The position numbers and the translations under genes were made by a program. The notes beneath the pieces are model-generated. The model saw nothing but the letters and a program-made list of their open reading frames with translations, was not told the DNA's origin and ran no database searches. Positions 10,085 to 19,741 of a stretch of 64,000 nt of DNA are shown in pieces; the first letter of the stretch is position 1, and each line of letters begins with the position of its first letter. Source of the DNA: an uncultured Gemmatimonadales bacterium (GTDB lineage Bacteria; Gemmatimonadota; Gemmatimonadetes; Gemmatimonadales; GWC2-71-9); the NCBI GenBank assembly GCA_963795085.1, contig CAWCFX010000004.1, positions 384,001 to 448,000 on the forward strand, in the 5' to 3' direction.

Positions 10085-11284
10085 TCAGGCGATGTGGCGC
10101 ATCAGCTCGGCGTTCGACTCGGTCCGCTTCATGACCCGCAGCAGTTGGGACATGGCCTCCGTCGCGCTCTCGCCGGAAAACCGCTTGCGGAGGGCGCGGG
10201 ACACCTCCAGCGCCTCGGGGGAGAGCAACAGCTCTTCTTTCCGGGTCCCGCTGGCGTTGAGGTCAATTGCCGGGTACACGCGCCGCTCGGCCAGTTCCCT
10301 GCTCAAGGTGAGTTCGCTGTTGCCGGTGCCCTTGAACTCCTCGAAGATCACCTGGTCCATCTTGGAGCCGGTGTCGATGAGCGAGGTGCCGATGATGGTC
10401 AGCGACCCGGTCCCCTGGGAGGGATCGATGGCGCGGGCGCTGCCGAGGAACCGCTTGGGTTTTTCGAGCGAAGTGGCGTCGAGACCGCCGCTCAGGGTGC
10501 GTCCGGTGCCCCGTTCGGTGGTGTTGTAGGCCCGGGCCAGCCGGGTGATGGAATCGAGAATGAGCACCACGTCCTCGCCCTGCTCCACCCGCCGCCGGGC
10601 CCGTTCCAGGGTGATCTCCGCGATCGCGACGTGCCGCTCGGGGGCATGGTCGAAGCTGGACGCGATGACCTCTCCGTAGCCGCACGATTCCATCTCGGTC
10701 ACTTCTTCCGGCCGCTCGTCCACCAGCAGGATGAACAGGGCAGCGCCGGGGTAGTTCCGGGCCACCCCTTCCGCGATGGCCTGCAGGACCATCGTCTTGC
10801 CGGCCTTGGCCGGTGCCACGATCAGGGCCCGCTGACCCTTCCCGAAGGGACAGAGCAGGTCGATCACCCGGTTGGTGTAATCGCGCTGTCCCCGCCGGGT
10901 CAGGCCGGCGTCCAGCATCAGCTGCTGGTTGGGGTGGATGGCGCTCAACCGGCTGAAATCAGGCCGGTTCATCACTTCCTCGGGCGGGCGGGCGTTGACG
11001 GTCACCACCGAGGCGAGCTCGGGGCCGCGGGACCCGCCCCCACCACCTCCGCCGTTGCCGCGCGACCGTCCGCCCCGGTCGCGGCGGCCCCGCTCCTGCC
11101 GCGGCTGGGATTGCGAGGACCCCACCTCGCCGGTGATCTCGTCGCCGGTCCGCAGACGGTACTGCTGGATCAGCCGGTTGGGAACGTGAATGTCCCCGGC
11201 CGCGGGAAGAAACGCCTCGGACCGGCGGCGGATGAATCCCGCCCCGCGATCGGTGAGTTCCAGGATACCAAGGATGTCAGACAA
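10085..11284 (-). CDS. rho: Transcription termination factor Rho, short divergent form
   Basis: PFGKGQRALIVAPAKAGKT, LLVDERPEEVT, DSITRLARAYN, GRTLSGG, IFEEFKGTGNSE, SGTRKEELL; TTG start. Confidence 0.92.
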   Translation of the reverse strand: MSDILGILELTDRGAGFIRRRSEAFLPAAGDIHVPNRLIQQYRLRTGDEITGEVGSSQSQPRQERGRRDRGGRSRGNGGGGGGGSRGPELASVVTVNARPPEEVMNRPDFSRLSAIHPNQQLMLDAGLTRRGQRDYTNRVIDLLCPFGKGQRALIVAPAKAGKTMVLQAIAEGVARNYPGAALFILLVDERPEEVTEMESCGYGEVIASSFDHAPERHVAIAEITLERARRRVEQGEDVVLILDSITRLARAYNTTERGTGRTLSGGLDATSLEKPKRFLGSARAIDPSQGTGSLTIIGTSLIDTGSKMDQVIFEEFKGTGNSELTLSRELAERRVYPAIDLNASGTRKEELLLSPEALEVSRALRKRFSGESATEAMSQLLRVMKRTESNAELMRHIA

Positions 11285-11397
11285 CAGGTTTCTGCCTCTC
11301 GGAAAAGGGCGGGCGCGGTGGAGCCCGGTTATGTTCGGTAGTTCGCCTGCAGAGCCGTTCCGGCTCCTCCTACATCACGACAGACTGCGGGGTTTCG

Positions 11398-12957
11398 ATG
11401 TTATCACGCTACGTATTCATGGCGCTGGCCCTGCTCCTGCCAACCGGCCTGGGGGCCCAGTCATTTCCTGCGGCGGATGCCACGATCCAGCGCATCTGGG
11501 CGGCCGGCATGGACAGTTCCCATGCCTATTCGCTGGCGCAGGCGCTGATGGACTCCATCGGTCCCCGGCTCACGGGATCACCCGGGATCCGGTCCGGCAA
11601 CGAGTGGCTGGTGGCGCGGTACCGGGAGTGGGGAATTCCCGCGCGCAACGAGCAATATGGGACGTGGCGGGGCTGGCGACGAGGTGTCACCCACGTGGAC
11701 CTCGTGCAGCCGAGGTTGCGTACCCTCGAAGCGACCCTGCTGGCCTGGAGCCCGGGGACCCGGGGAAAGGTGCAGGGGCCCGTGGTGATTTTGCCCGAAG
11801 CCGCCGACTCCGGCGCCTTCCAGGCCTGGCTGCCCCAGGTGAAAGATAAGTTCGTGCTGGTCTCTTTCGCCCAGCCGACCTGCCGGCCCGACTCCAGCTA
11901 CAGGCAGTACGCCACTCCGGAGAGCTTCGACCGCATGGTCCGGGAGCGCACCGCGGCGCGCGAAGCCTGGACCGCCCGGGTCGGCCGCACCGGTCACAGC
12001 ACCCGCACCCTGCCGGCCCGCCTGGAGGAAGCCGGCGCCCGGGGCGTCATTACCTCGACCTGGTCCTCGGGCTGGGGCGTCAACAAGGTATTCTCCGCCA
12101 ATACCACCCGGATCCCCACCCTCGACGTGAGTTGCGAGGACTATGGCCTGCTCTTCCGGCTGGCCGAGCACGGGCAGGGCCCGGTACTCGCGGTCGAGGC
12201 CGGCGCCGAGTTCCAGGGCGAGACCCCGGTGTTCAATACCATCGCGGAAATCCGCGGCCGGGACAAGCCCGGCGAGTATGTCGTGCTCTCCGCCCACTTT
12301 GATTCCTGGGACGCTGCCTCCGGCGCCACCGACAACGGCACCGGCACCGTCACCATGCTGGAAGCGATGCGGATCCTGAAACAGGTCTATCCCAATCCGC
12401 GGCGGACCATCCTGGTCGGGCACTGGAGCGGGGAAGAACAGGGGCTCAACGGTTCCCGCGCGTTCGCCGCCGATCATCCCGAGATCGTGGGCGGCGTCCA
12501 GGCCGTCTTCAACCAGGACAACGGCACCGGCCGGATCAGCAACATCAGCATGGCGGGCATGCTGGATGCCGGGGCGTTCTTCGGCCGCTGGCTGAGCCGG
12601 GTGCCACCGGAGATCAGCCGGCACATCACCCTCGGCTTTCCCGGCAGCCCGGCGGGGGGCGGCAGCGACCACGCCGCCTTCGCCTGCTACGGCGCCCCCG
12701 CGTTCGGGCTCGGCTCCAACAGCTGGGAGTACGGTACCTACACCTGGCACACCAACCGCGACACCTTCGACAAGATCGCCTTCGACGAGATCCGGAACAA
12801 CGCCACGCTGGTCGCGATGCTGGCCTATCTCGCGGCCGAGGAGCCGGAGACCATCGGGCGCACCCGCCGGGTCATGGGGGCCGACCGGCAGGGGCGGCCG
12901 GCCGTGTGGCCGGAATGCCAGGCGCCGGCCCGCACCGCGGCGGAAAGCACCCGGTAG
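11398..12957 (+). CDS. Secreted M28 family metallopeptidase (carboxypeptidase Q-like)
   Basis: Signal peptide, IGPRLTGS, SAHFDSWD, GATDNGTG, GEEQGLNGS, GSDH, HTNRDT. Confidence 0.88.
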   Translation: MLSRYVFMALALLLPTGLGAQSFPAADATIQRIWAAGMDSSHAYSLAQALMDSIGPRLTGSPGIRSGNEWLVARYREWGIPARNEQYGTWRGWRRGVTHVDLVQPRLRTLEATLLAWSPGTRGKVQGPVVILPEAADSGAFQAWLPQVKDKFVLVSFAQPTCRPDSSYRQYATPESFDRMVRERTAAREAWTARVGRTGHSTRTLPARLEEAGARGVITSTWSSGWGVNKVFSANTTRIPTLDVSCEDYGLLFRLAEHGQGPVLAVEAGAEFQGETPVFNTIAEIRGRDKPGEYVVLSAHFDSWDAASGATDNGTGTVTMLEAMRILKQVYPNPRRTILVGHWSGEEQGLNGSRAFAADHPEIVGGVQAVFNQDNGTGRISNISMAGMLDAGAFFGRWLSRVPPEISRHITLGFPGSPAGGGSDHAAFACYGAPAFGLGSNSWEYGTYTWHTNRDTFDKIAFDEIRNNATLVAMLAYLAAEEPETIGRTRRVMGADRQGRPAVWPECQAPARTAAESTR

Positions 12958-12976
12958 CGGTGACGTTTCCGGTCGG

Positions 12977-13978
12977 TCAGTCCTGCACCTGGTCCATGGT
13001 GCACTGGTGGGGCGCCTTGTCGGGCCGGAACCGGAGCAGCCGGGTGCCGTGCCGGAACCGGCCGCCGGTGAAGTGATCATACTGCACCTCCACCACCAGC
13101 TTCGGGTCCAGTGGTTCCCATTCGCCGGTGCGCTCGGTGCTCCACCGGCTGGGGCCGCCCGGGGCCCGGCCGGTGAAGCCGGGCGGCTTCCGGAGGCGTT
13201 CCAGCTCCGGGGTGAGCTTCTTTCGCTCCGCCGCGCTCAGCGCCGACGTAAAACCGACATGGTGGAGCAGGCCACCGCCATCGTAGAGCCCCAGTAACAG
13301 GGATCCGGCGGTTCCCCCGCTCGATGCATAGCGAAACCCGCCGACCACGCAGTCCGCCGTCCGCAGGCGCTTGATCTTGACCATGCCGGTCCGTTTGCCG
13401 CTCTGATAAGCCAGCCCCGCCCGCTTGGCCATCACGCCGTCCCGGTTGCCGCCCGCCTCCTTGAGCCAGCGTTTCGCCTCCGCGGCGCTCCCGCTGTGCG
13501 GGGAAAGCCGAAAGGCCTCCTGGTCCTCGAGGTGGGCCTGGAAGAATCGCTCCAGCCGTTCTCTTCGCTTCGCCAGGGATGCCTCGACCATGGATTTCGC
13601 CGCCGATTCGGCCAGGATATCAAACACGATCAGGCGCGCGGGGTGTTCCTTCGCCAGCATCTCCACCCGGCTCTTCGCCGGATGGATGCGGAGCAGGAGG
13701 TCGTCGAACGAGAATCGGCGGCCCACCGGGATGACGATCTCGCCGTCGAGAATGAAGGCCGGGGCGCTCACCGCTGCCACGGCTTTGACCACATCGGGGA
13801 AATAGCGCCCCAGCGGTTTCCCCGCCTTGCTCTGGAGGTACACCTCCGCTCCGTCTTTGAACACCAGGCAGCGGAACCCGTCCCACTTGGGTTCGTAGAT
13901 CCAGTCCTCGCCCTGTGGCAGGTCGGCCACCGTGGCGGCCTCCATGAGGGGGAACGGCGGGGAGAGCGGCAGCCTCAC
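12977..13978 (-). CDS. ligC: ATP-dependent DNA ligase, LigC type
   Basis: YEPKWDGFR (KxDG), LDGEIV, DGVMAK, KIKRLRTADCVVGG, APGGPSRWS; GTG start at 13978 overlaps the upstream TGA. Confidence 0.88.
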   Translation of the reverse strand: MRLPLSPPFPLMEAATVADLPQGEDWIYEPKWDGFRCLVFKDGAEVYLQSKAGKPLGRYFPDVVKAVAAVSAPAFILDGEIVIPVGRRFSFDDLLLRIHPAKSRVEMLAKEHPARLIVFDILAESAAKSMVEASLAKRRERLERFFQAHLEDQEAFRLSPHSGSAAEAKRWLKEAGGNRDGVMAKRAGLAYQSGKRTGMVKIKRLRTADCVVGGFRYASSGGTAGSLLLGLYDGGGLLHHVGFTSALSAAERKKLTPELERLRKPPGFTGRAPGGPSRWSTERTGEWEPLDPKLVVEVQYDHFTGGRFRHGTRLLRFRPDKAPHQCTMDQVQD

Positions 13979-14982
13979 AGCACCTTCTCCAGGTTGAAGC
14001 GGCCCCGGGCGGCCAGGAGCGGCTTCCAGAGGTCCCCCAGTGTCTTCACCCGGGCGGGGACGTTGTCCATCCGGAAGTCTTCCAGCTGGATGCCGGCTTC
14101 GATCTCCTCCCAGGTCACCGGCGTGGAGACGGTGGCCTCGGCCCGCGGACGGGCGGAATAGACCGACGCGAGCGTACGTCCCCACGCATTCTGGTTGTAA
14201 TCCACCAGCACCATGTTCTTCGGCCGGTCCTTGAGGGCATAGACGGCGGTGATCAGCTTCGGGTGCCGGGCGGCCAGCGTGTGACCCAGCGCCTTGGCGA
14301 AGGTCCAGACTTCCTTCTGCGTGGGCCCCCGCACGATGGGAACGTACACGTGGATACCCCGGGAGCCGGTGGTCTTGGCGTAGTGGGGCATCGTGAGGGT
14401 GGACAGGGCCTCGTGGACGATGGTTGCGGTCTCGAGCACCTGGTCGAAGGTGGCCCTGGGGCCCGGGTCGAGGTCAAAATGCAGGTAGTCGGGCCGGTCC
14501 ACATCATCGCAGGTGGCATACCACTGGTTGAGGTCGATACAACCCAGGTTGATCACCCAGAGCAGTGCCAGCAGGTCCTGGATGACCGGGAAGTCGATCA
14601 CGTTGCCGCTGGAGTGGTCGATTCGGCAGGTCTCGATCCACTCGGGGCGCGGCTCCGGGGCCCGTTTCATGAAGAAAAACTTCCCATGTATGCCGTTGGG
14701 ATAGCGCTTCATGACCATGGCGCGGTCCCGCAGGTGGGGCAGCAGTGCCGGGGCGATATCGGCGTAGTACTGGAGCAGGTCCCGCTTGGTGAGTCCCAGC
14801 TCCGGAAAGAAGACTTTGGAAAGATTGGTCAGCCGGACCGACCGGCTGCCCAGCTTGATCTCGACTTCCTTTTCCTTCGGCGGGATCTGGACCGCAGGGA
14901 CCGCGGCGCGCCGGGGCAGCCCGCGGGACCTGGTATGCTCGCTGGGGTGCACGTCCCCCTTGGGTGATCGTGCCGGGGTCAT
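13975..14982 (-). CDS. Stand-alone LigD-type primase-polymerase domain protein (Prim-PolC-like)
   Basis: LTNLSKVFFP, KRYPNGI, FDLDPG, KTTGSRGIHVYVP, DYNQNAWGRTLASVYSAR; no ligase or phosphoesterase domain. Confidence 0.9.
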   Translation of the reverse strand: MTPARSPKGDVHPSEHTRSRGLPRRAAVPAVQIPPKEKEVEIKLGSRSVRLTNLSKVFFPELGLTKRDLLQYYADIAPALLPHLRDRAMVMKRYPNGIHGKFFFMKRAPEPRPEWIETCRIDHSSGNVIDFPVIQDLLALLWVINLGCIDLNQWYATCDDVDRPDYLHFDLDPGPRATFDQVLETATIVHEALSTLTMPHYAKTTGSRGIHVYVPIVRGPTQKEVWTFAKALGHTLAARHPKLITAVYALKDRPKNMVLVDYNQNAWGRTLASVYSARPRAEATVSTPVTWEEIEAGIQLEDFRMDNVPARVKTLGDLWKPLLAARGRFNLEKVL

Positions 14983-15569
14983 CGGTTCCTCGCGAGCCGG
15001 GGGGGCCGGGGGCCGTGCCGTACAGCGCCCTGCACCGGGATGTAGTCCAGTTCCTGCCCCTCCCGCGCCCGCCGAAGCATCAGCCCGCCGCGGCTCATGT
15101 CGCCCCGCCCGACGAAGTCGCGGGGAAAAAGCAGCCGGTCTCCGAGCAGCTCCACCAGGACGTCCACATACTTCCCAGTCGCAACACTTCCCAGCAGGAC
15201 GACGGGGCCGGGCTCGGCGGCCACCCGGGCGGCATCCCGTTCGAACGGCAGCTGGAACCGGTCGTCACTCGACGCGATGTCCACCGTGGCGAACTCCTCC
15301 AGGTCGCTCCGGGTGACGAGGTACGCGGGGTCCACCAGCCCGCGGGCGGGGGTGATGACCAGCGTGCCGGCGGGTCCGGGAGCAGTAAAGGCGGACGCGT
15401 AGGCCATCTTCCCCCGGAAGTAGAGGCCGCTGACAAAACTGAAGACCTCGCCCACGGGGGCGCCTCTCGGCTCCCTGATGCGCCGGGCGAGAGGAAAGGC
15501 GGCCCGCTCACTGAGGAGCAGCCGGGCCCGTTTGCCACCACAGAAGGCGGGGGATAGAAGAAAGCGCAC
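14979..15569 (-). CDS. Hypothetical protein in the DNA repair operon
   Basis: 196 aa; 4-bp overlap with the polymerase gene and 7 bp from TopIB; motif-like stretches FLLSPA, FSFVSGLYFRGK, LLGSVATGKY, FVGRGDMSRGGLMLR. Confidence 0.75.
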   Translation of the reverse strand: MRFLLSPAFCGGKRARLLLSERAAFPLARRIREPRGAPVGEVFSFVSGLYFRGKMAYASAFTAPGPAGTLVITPARGLVDPAYLVTRSDLEEFATVDIASSDDRFQLPFERDAARVAAEPGPVVLLGSVATGKYVDVLVELLGDRLLFPRDFVGRGDMSRGGLMLRRAREGQELDYIPVQGAVRHGPRPPRLARNR

Positions 15570-15576
15570 CGCGCCG

Positions 15577-16662
15577 TCAGGCGGCCAGCGGCAGCCGGGC
15601 CCGGAGAATAGCCAGCACGGCGGCCTCCTCCTTCTCCAGCCCGCGGGCCCGGGCCCGTTTCAGTTCCCGCTCGTATCGCGCCAGGAGGGTCCCCCTGGTA
15701 TAGGTCTCGAAGAGCGCCGGGTGCACGTAATATTTGCGGCACACGGCCCGGGTATTGTTGAGTTGCAGGGACACCCGGTCAATGGCCTGGAGGAACCGGC
15801 TCCTGGCCTCTTTCTCGTTCCGGGCCGGCCCCAGCGCCCGGAGGGCGCCGGCCGCGAGGATGGTCCCGCTCCAGGTCCGGAAATCCTTGGCGCTGAAATC
15901 GCCGCCGGCGATTTCCCGGATGTACTCGTTGACATCTTCCGAGCTGATGACCTGGCGGGTCCCATCGTCCTCATGATACTGGAAAAGTTCCTGGCCCGGA
16001 ATAGCCTGGCAGCGGGCCACGATGCGGGCCAGCCGCCGGTCGCTCACGTCGCAGGCGTGCATCTTCCCGCTCTTGCCCCGGAACTCGAAGCGGATTCGCG
16101 AGCCGGTGATTTCGACGTGCTGATCCTTGAGGGTGGTCAACCCGAACGACTTGTTGCTGCGGGCGTACTCTTCGTTGCCGACCCGGATGCAGGTCCACTC
16201 CAGCAGCCGCACCATGGTGGCGAGCACTTTTTGGCGCGGCAGCCCGGGGAGCGACAGGTCCCGGTCAATCGCCGACCGGATCCGCGGCAGCACTTCCGCG
16301 AAGGCCAGCAGCCGGCTGAACTTGGTCTCGTCCCGGACCTCCCGCCACCGGGGGTGGTAGCGGTACTGCTTTCTGCCCCGGGCGTCCCGGCCGGTGGCCT
16401 GGATGTGGCCCCGGGGATCGGGGCAGATCCAGACGTCCGTATAGGCCGGTGGAATGGCCAGTTTGCGGATGCGCTGGAGCTGGGCCAGATCCCGCACCGG
16501 CCGCCCCTCCGGCGTGGCATAGGAGAACGTCCTGCCGCGCCTTCTGCGGCGGATCCCCGGCGCCGTATCGCTGACATAACGCAGCCCGGCCTCCGCGGCC
16601 GATGCCGCCGGCTCCGCCTGGAGGGAGGGGGGTGACTTCCTGCTGCGGGGTCGGGCTGCCAT
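15577..16662 (-). CDS. Bacterial DNA topoisomerase IB (copy 2)
   Basis: IPPAYTDVWI, GRDARGRKQYRYH, IRVGNEEY, FRGKSG, KDFRTW, LNNTRAVCRKYY. Confidence 0.93.
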   Translation of the reverse strand: MAARPRSRKSPPSLQAEPAASAAEAGLRYVSDTAPGIRRRRRGRTFSYATPEGRPVRDLAQLQRIRKLAIPPAYTDVWICPDPRGHIQATGRDARGRKQYRYHPRWREVRDETKFSRLLAFAEVLPRIRSAIDRDLSLPGLPRQKVLATMVRLLEWTCIRVGNEEYARSNKSFGLTTLKDQHVEITGSRIRFEFRGKSGKMHACDVSDRRLARIVARCQAIPGQELFQYHEDDGTRQVISSEDVNEYIREIAGGDFSAKDFRTWSGTILAAGALRALGPARNEKEARSRFLQAIDRVSLQLNNTRAVCRKYYVHPALFETYTRGTLLARYERELKRARARGLEKEEAAVLAILRARLPLAA

Positions 16663-16794
16663 GTTCCCTCTCATCTGGATACCGGTTTGTCGGGATACCG
16701 GGGCACGAGGATAGCGCCCCCGGGGCGGCGGGACCCGTGAGGGCCGTCACCGATACCCGATACCAACACGCACCGACCTTCTCTCCCTGATCCC

Positions 16795-18384
16795 ATGGCC
16801 GATACCCGGCGTCTCGACGCCCGACTCTCCACCCCGTCCGGTGTCGTTGTTTCGGACGGCCATCACACGCTCCCCGATGACCTGCTCCGGCAGGCGTCCC
16901 GCCGGCTGGGTATCGTGTCCCTGGTGGGCATGGCCCTGTGGATCAGCAACATCGTCGCCTTCCGGCTGGCTTTCCCCTATTTCGGCTTCACCCCTGTTTA
17001 CGGGCAGACCGTCGGCGGGATCTCCCTGGAGGTCGTGGGGGGTACCGTGGTGCTGGTTTCGCTGTCGCTTTACTGGTATTCCCGGCGGCCCGCGAGCGAT
17101 CCCGCCTTGCTGCTCAACATCGGGCTGGCCTACCAGGTCCTGAGTGCGGCGGGGATCGCCTACCTGAACCACTGGGTTTTCCTGGCGCCTAACGATGAGC
17201 ACGGCGTCTCCTGGGTGGCGGTCATCATCCTCATCTTCCCGGCCCTGCTGCCGACCGTCCCCCGCTATACCGCGGTCGCCGCCTTTGCCTGCGCGTTCAC
17301 GGACCCGCTCACCTGGCTGGCGGCGGAGGCGGCCCAGGGCACGCCGGTGGTGGGCGGTACCGTCGTGCGATCAATGCTGCTGCACCTCGCCAACTTCCTG
17401 TGTGCCGGGGTCGCCATCGTCATCTCCCGGGTCATTACCGGCCTGGGCCAGCAGGTCAGCAGGGCGCGCGAGATGGGCAGCTACGAACTGGGGGAGCAGC
17501 TGGGCGGCGGCGGAATGGGAGAGGTGTGGCGGGCCCGGCACCGGCTGCTGGCCCGGCCGGCCGCCATCAAGCTGATCCGCGCGGAGCGGCTGGGCTGTGG
17601 TGATCCGCAAACGGCGCGGGTGGTCCAGGAGCGATTCAAACGGGAGGCCCGTGCCGCCGCCTCGCTCCGGTCGCCGCATACAATTGATCTCTTCGATTTC
17701 GGGGTCGCCAGCGACGGCACCTTTTACTATGTCATGGAATTACTGGCGGGGTTCGACCTCGACCAGATGGTGAAACGGTACGGCCCGGTGGACCCGGGCC
17801 GGGTCGTGCACATCCTGCGGCAAGCCTGCGATTCCCTGGGCGAGGCCCACCAGCGCGGGCTGGTCCACCGGGACATCAAACCCGCCAACCTCTACCTCTG
17901 CCGGATGGGGCTGCAGCACGATTTCGTAAAAGTCCTCGATTTCGGACTGGTGAAATCGGAAGAACAGAGCGCCGACCAGAGCATGCTGACCGCGCCGGAA
18001 GTCACCACCGGCACGCCCGCCTTCATGGCGCCGGAAGTCGCCCTGAGCGAAGGGGTGGACGGCCGGACCGACATCTATGCCCTCGGCTGTGTCGCCTACT
18101 GGCTGCTGAGCGGGCGGCTGGTGTTCGAGGCTGATACGCCGATCCAGATGGTGGCGCACCACCTTCGCACCACTCCGGTCCCCCCCTCACAGCGCAGCGA
18201 GCTGGAGATCCCCGCCTCCCTCGACCGGGTCGTCCTCCAATGCCTGGCCAAGGCGCCGGCCGACCGCCCGGCCAATGCCAGGGACCTCGCCCGGACGCTG
18301 GCCAACCTCGACGGATTTCAGCCCTGGGACGAAGAACGGGCCGCCCGCTGGTGGGCCGCCCACGCCCCCGAGATCGAAGCCTAG
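16795..18384 (+). CDS. Membrane Ser/Thr protein kinase (N-terminal multi-TM region)
   Basis: Several hydrophobic helices, then GGGGMGEVW, AAIKLI, HRDIKPAN, DFG, GTPAFMAPE. Confidence 0.92.
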   Translation: MADTRRLDARLSTPSGVVVSDGHHTLPDDLLRQASRRLGIVSLVGMALWISNIVAFRLAFPYFGFTPVYGQTVGGISLEVVGGTVVLVSLSLYWYSRRPASDPALLLNIGLAYQVLSAAGIAYLNHWVFLAPNDEHGVSWVAVIILIFPALLPTVPRYTAVAAFACAFTDPLTWLAAEAAQGTPVVGGTVVRSMLLHLANFLCAGVAIVISRVITGLGQQVSRAREMGSYELGEQLGGGGMGEVWRARHRLLARPAAIKLIRAERLGCGDPQTARVVQERFKREARAAASLRSPHTIDLFDFGVASDGTFYYVMELLAGFDLDQMVKRYGPVDPGRVVHILRQACDSLGEAHQRGLVHRDIKPANLYLCRMGLQHDFVKVLDFGLVKSEEQSADQSMLTAPEVTTGTPAFMAPEVALSEGVDGRTDIYALGCVAYWLLSGRLVFEADTPIQMVAHHLRTTPVPPSQRSELEIPASLDRVVLQCLAKAPADRPANARDLARTLANLDGFQPWDEERAARWWAAHAPEIEA

Positions 18385-18493
18385 GCCCGGGTCGTCCCGC
18401 CCTGAGCCTATCCCGGTCCGGGACTGGCTCGCTTTCCAACATTCGTCTCCCTGACCGTATCTATTGCCGTGAGTTCCAACCGGATGCGCCGGA

Positions 18494-19045
18494 GTGACCG
18501 TTCTGACTGATCGTGCCGCTGGACTCCGGCTCATCCCGGAGCAGGACGAAGTCGCGCTGGCCGCCGCCGGGGACGCCGCCGCCTTCGAGCGGCTCTACCG
18601 GCGGCATGTCAACCGGGTCCATGGGCTGGCCCGCTGGCTGCTGGGGCCCGACGAAGCGGAAGACGCCGTGCAGGATGTGTTCGTGCGGGTCTGGCAGAAG
18701 CTGTCGCAGTTCGAAGGCCGCGCCGCTTTCGGCACCTGGCTGCACCGGTTGGCCGTCAGCGTCCTGCTGCGCCGCCGGCAGAACCGCGGCATCCGGGAAA
18801 GCCGGCACCCGGTGGGCGACGATGGAATGGAGCTCCTGGCCGGGCCGCCTTCCACCCCGGACATGCGGGTGGCGATCGAAGCGGCGGTGGACCGGCTCCC
18901 TGCGGGGGCTCGAGAGGTCTTCGTGCTGCACGACATGGAAGGTTACAAGCACGAGGAAATCGGAGTGATGCTGGGCGTGACCGCCGGTACTTCCCGGGCC
19001 CAGTTGCACCGGGCCCGCCGGATGCTGCAGCAGCACCTGGGGTAA
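18494..19045 (+). CDS. ECF sigma factor
   Basis: AFERLYRRH, AEDAVQDVF, FGTWLHRLA, GYKHEEIG...GTSRAQLHRAR. Confidence 0.92.
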   Translation: MTVLTDRAAGLRLIPEQDEVALAAAGDAAAFERLYRRHVNRVHGLARWLLGPDEAEDAVQDVFVRVWQKLSQFEGRAAFGTWLHRLAVSVLLRRRQNRGIRESRHPVGDDGMELLAGPPSTPDMRVAIEAAVDRLPAGAREVFVLHDMEGYKHEEIGVMLGVTAGTSRAQLHRARRMLQQHLG

Positions 19046-19066
19046 CCACGACGATTGGATATTGCC

Positions 19067-19729
19067 ATGCACCGCACGATCGAACAGCTCAGCGCCTACT
19101 CCGACGGAGACCTGGACCCGGCGGAGCGGCAGTTCACCGCGCTCCACCTGGCCGAGTGCGCCGAGTGCCGGGAATCGTATGACCGGATGCTGGCCGTGAA
19201 GAGCTGGGCCCCCCGCTACGAGGGTCTGCCTCCGTCCCGCGATCTGTGGCCGGCCATTGCCTCGGCGCTGACCCCCGAAGCGGCCCCCCGGCGGAAGCCG
19301 GGAGCCTGGCGGGGCCGCCGAGTCACGGTTCCTCTGCCCCTGCTGGCGGCCGCCGCTGTTCTGCTCGTCGTGGTCGGCGGCCTGCTGGCCCGCACCTCCC
19401 GCGCGCCCGCCCCGGCGCCGGCGGCGGGGGCACCGGGCCCGGTGCGCTACTGGAATGCAGACCGGGCCCAGGCCACCGACGCCGAATACGACGCCGCGAT
19501 CACCGAACTGGAAGCGATCCTGGCCACCAGCGATACCACCCTGGAACCCGGCACCCTGGCCGTGATCCGGGAGAGCCTGGCAGACATCGACACCGCCATT
19601 GCGGAGGCCCGCCAGGCCATCGCGCGAGATTCCAGCAACACCTATCTCAACGCCAGCATCGCGCAGTACATGCGACGCAAGCTGGGCATTCTGCGGAAAG
19701 CGGCCCAGGCCGCAACCGCCTCATCCTGA
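19067..19729 (+). CDS. Zinc-finger (zf-HC2) anti-sigma factor, single TM
   Basis: LSAYSDGDL...HLAECAEC (HxxxCxxC); TM helix; follows the ECF gene. Confidence 0.85.
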   Translation: MHRTIEQLSAYSDGDLDPAERQFTALHLAECAECRESYDRMLAVKSWAPRYEGLPPSRDLWPAIASALTPEAAPRRKPGAWRGRRVTVPLPLLAAAAVLLVVVGGLLARTSRAPAPAPAAGAPGPVRYWNADRAQATDAEYDAAITELEAILATSDTTLEPGTLAVIRESLADIDTAIAEARQAIARDSSNTYLNASIAQYMRRKLGILRKAAQAATASS

Positions 19730-19741
19730 CCGGGAATCGAC

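Noticed and set aside
8998..16662. Prophage or integrative element suggested by TopIB and ligase genes
   Set aside because: The proteins are TopIB rather than tyrosine integrases; no att repeats, phage genes or compositional shift were seen.
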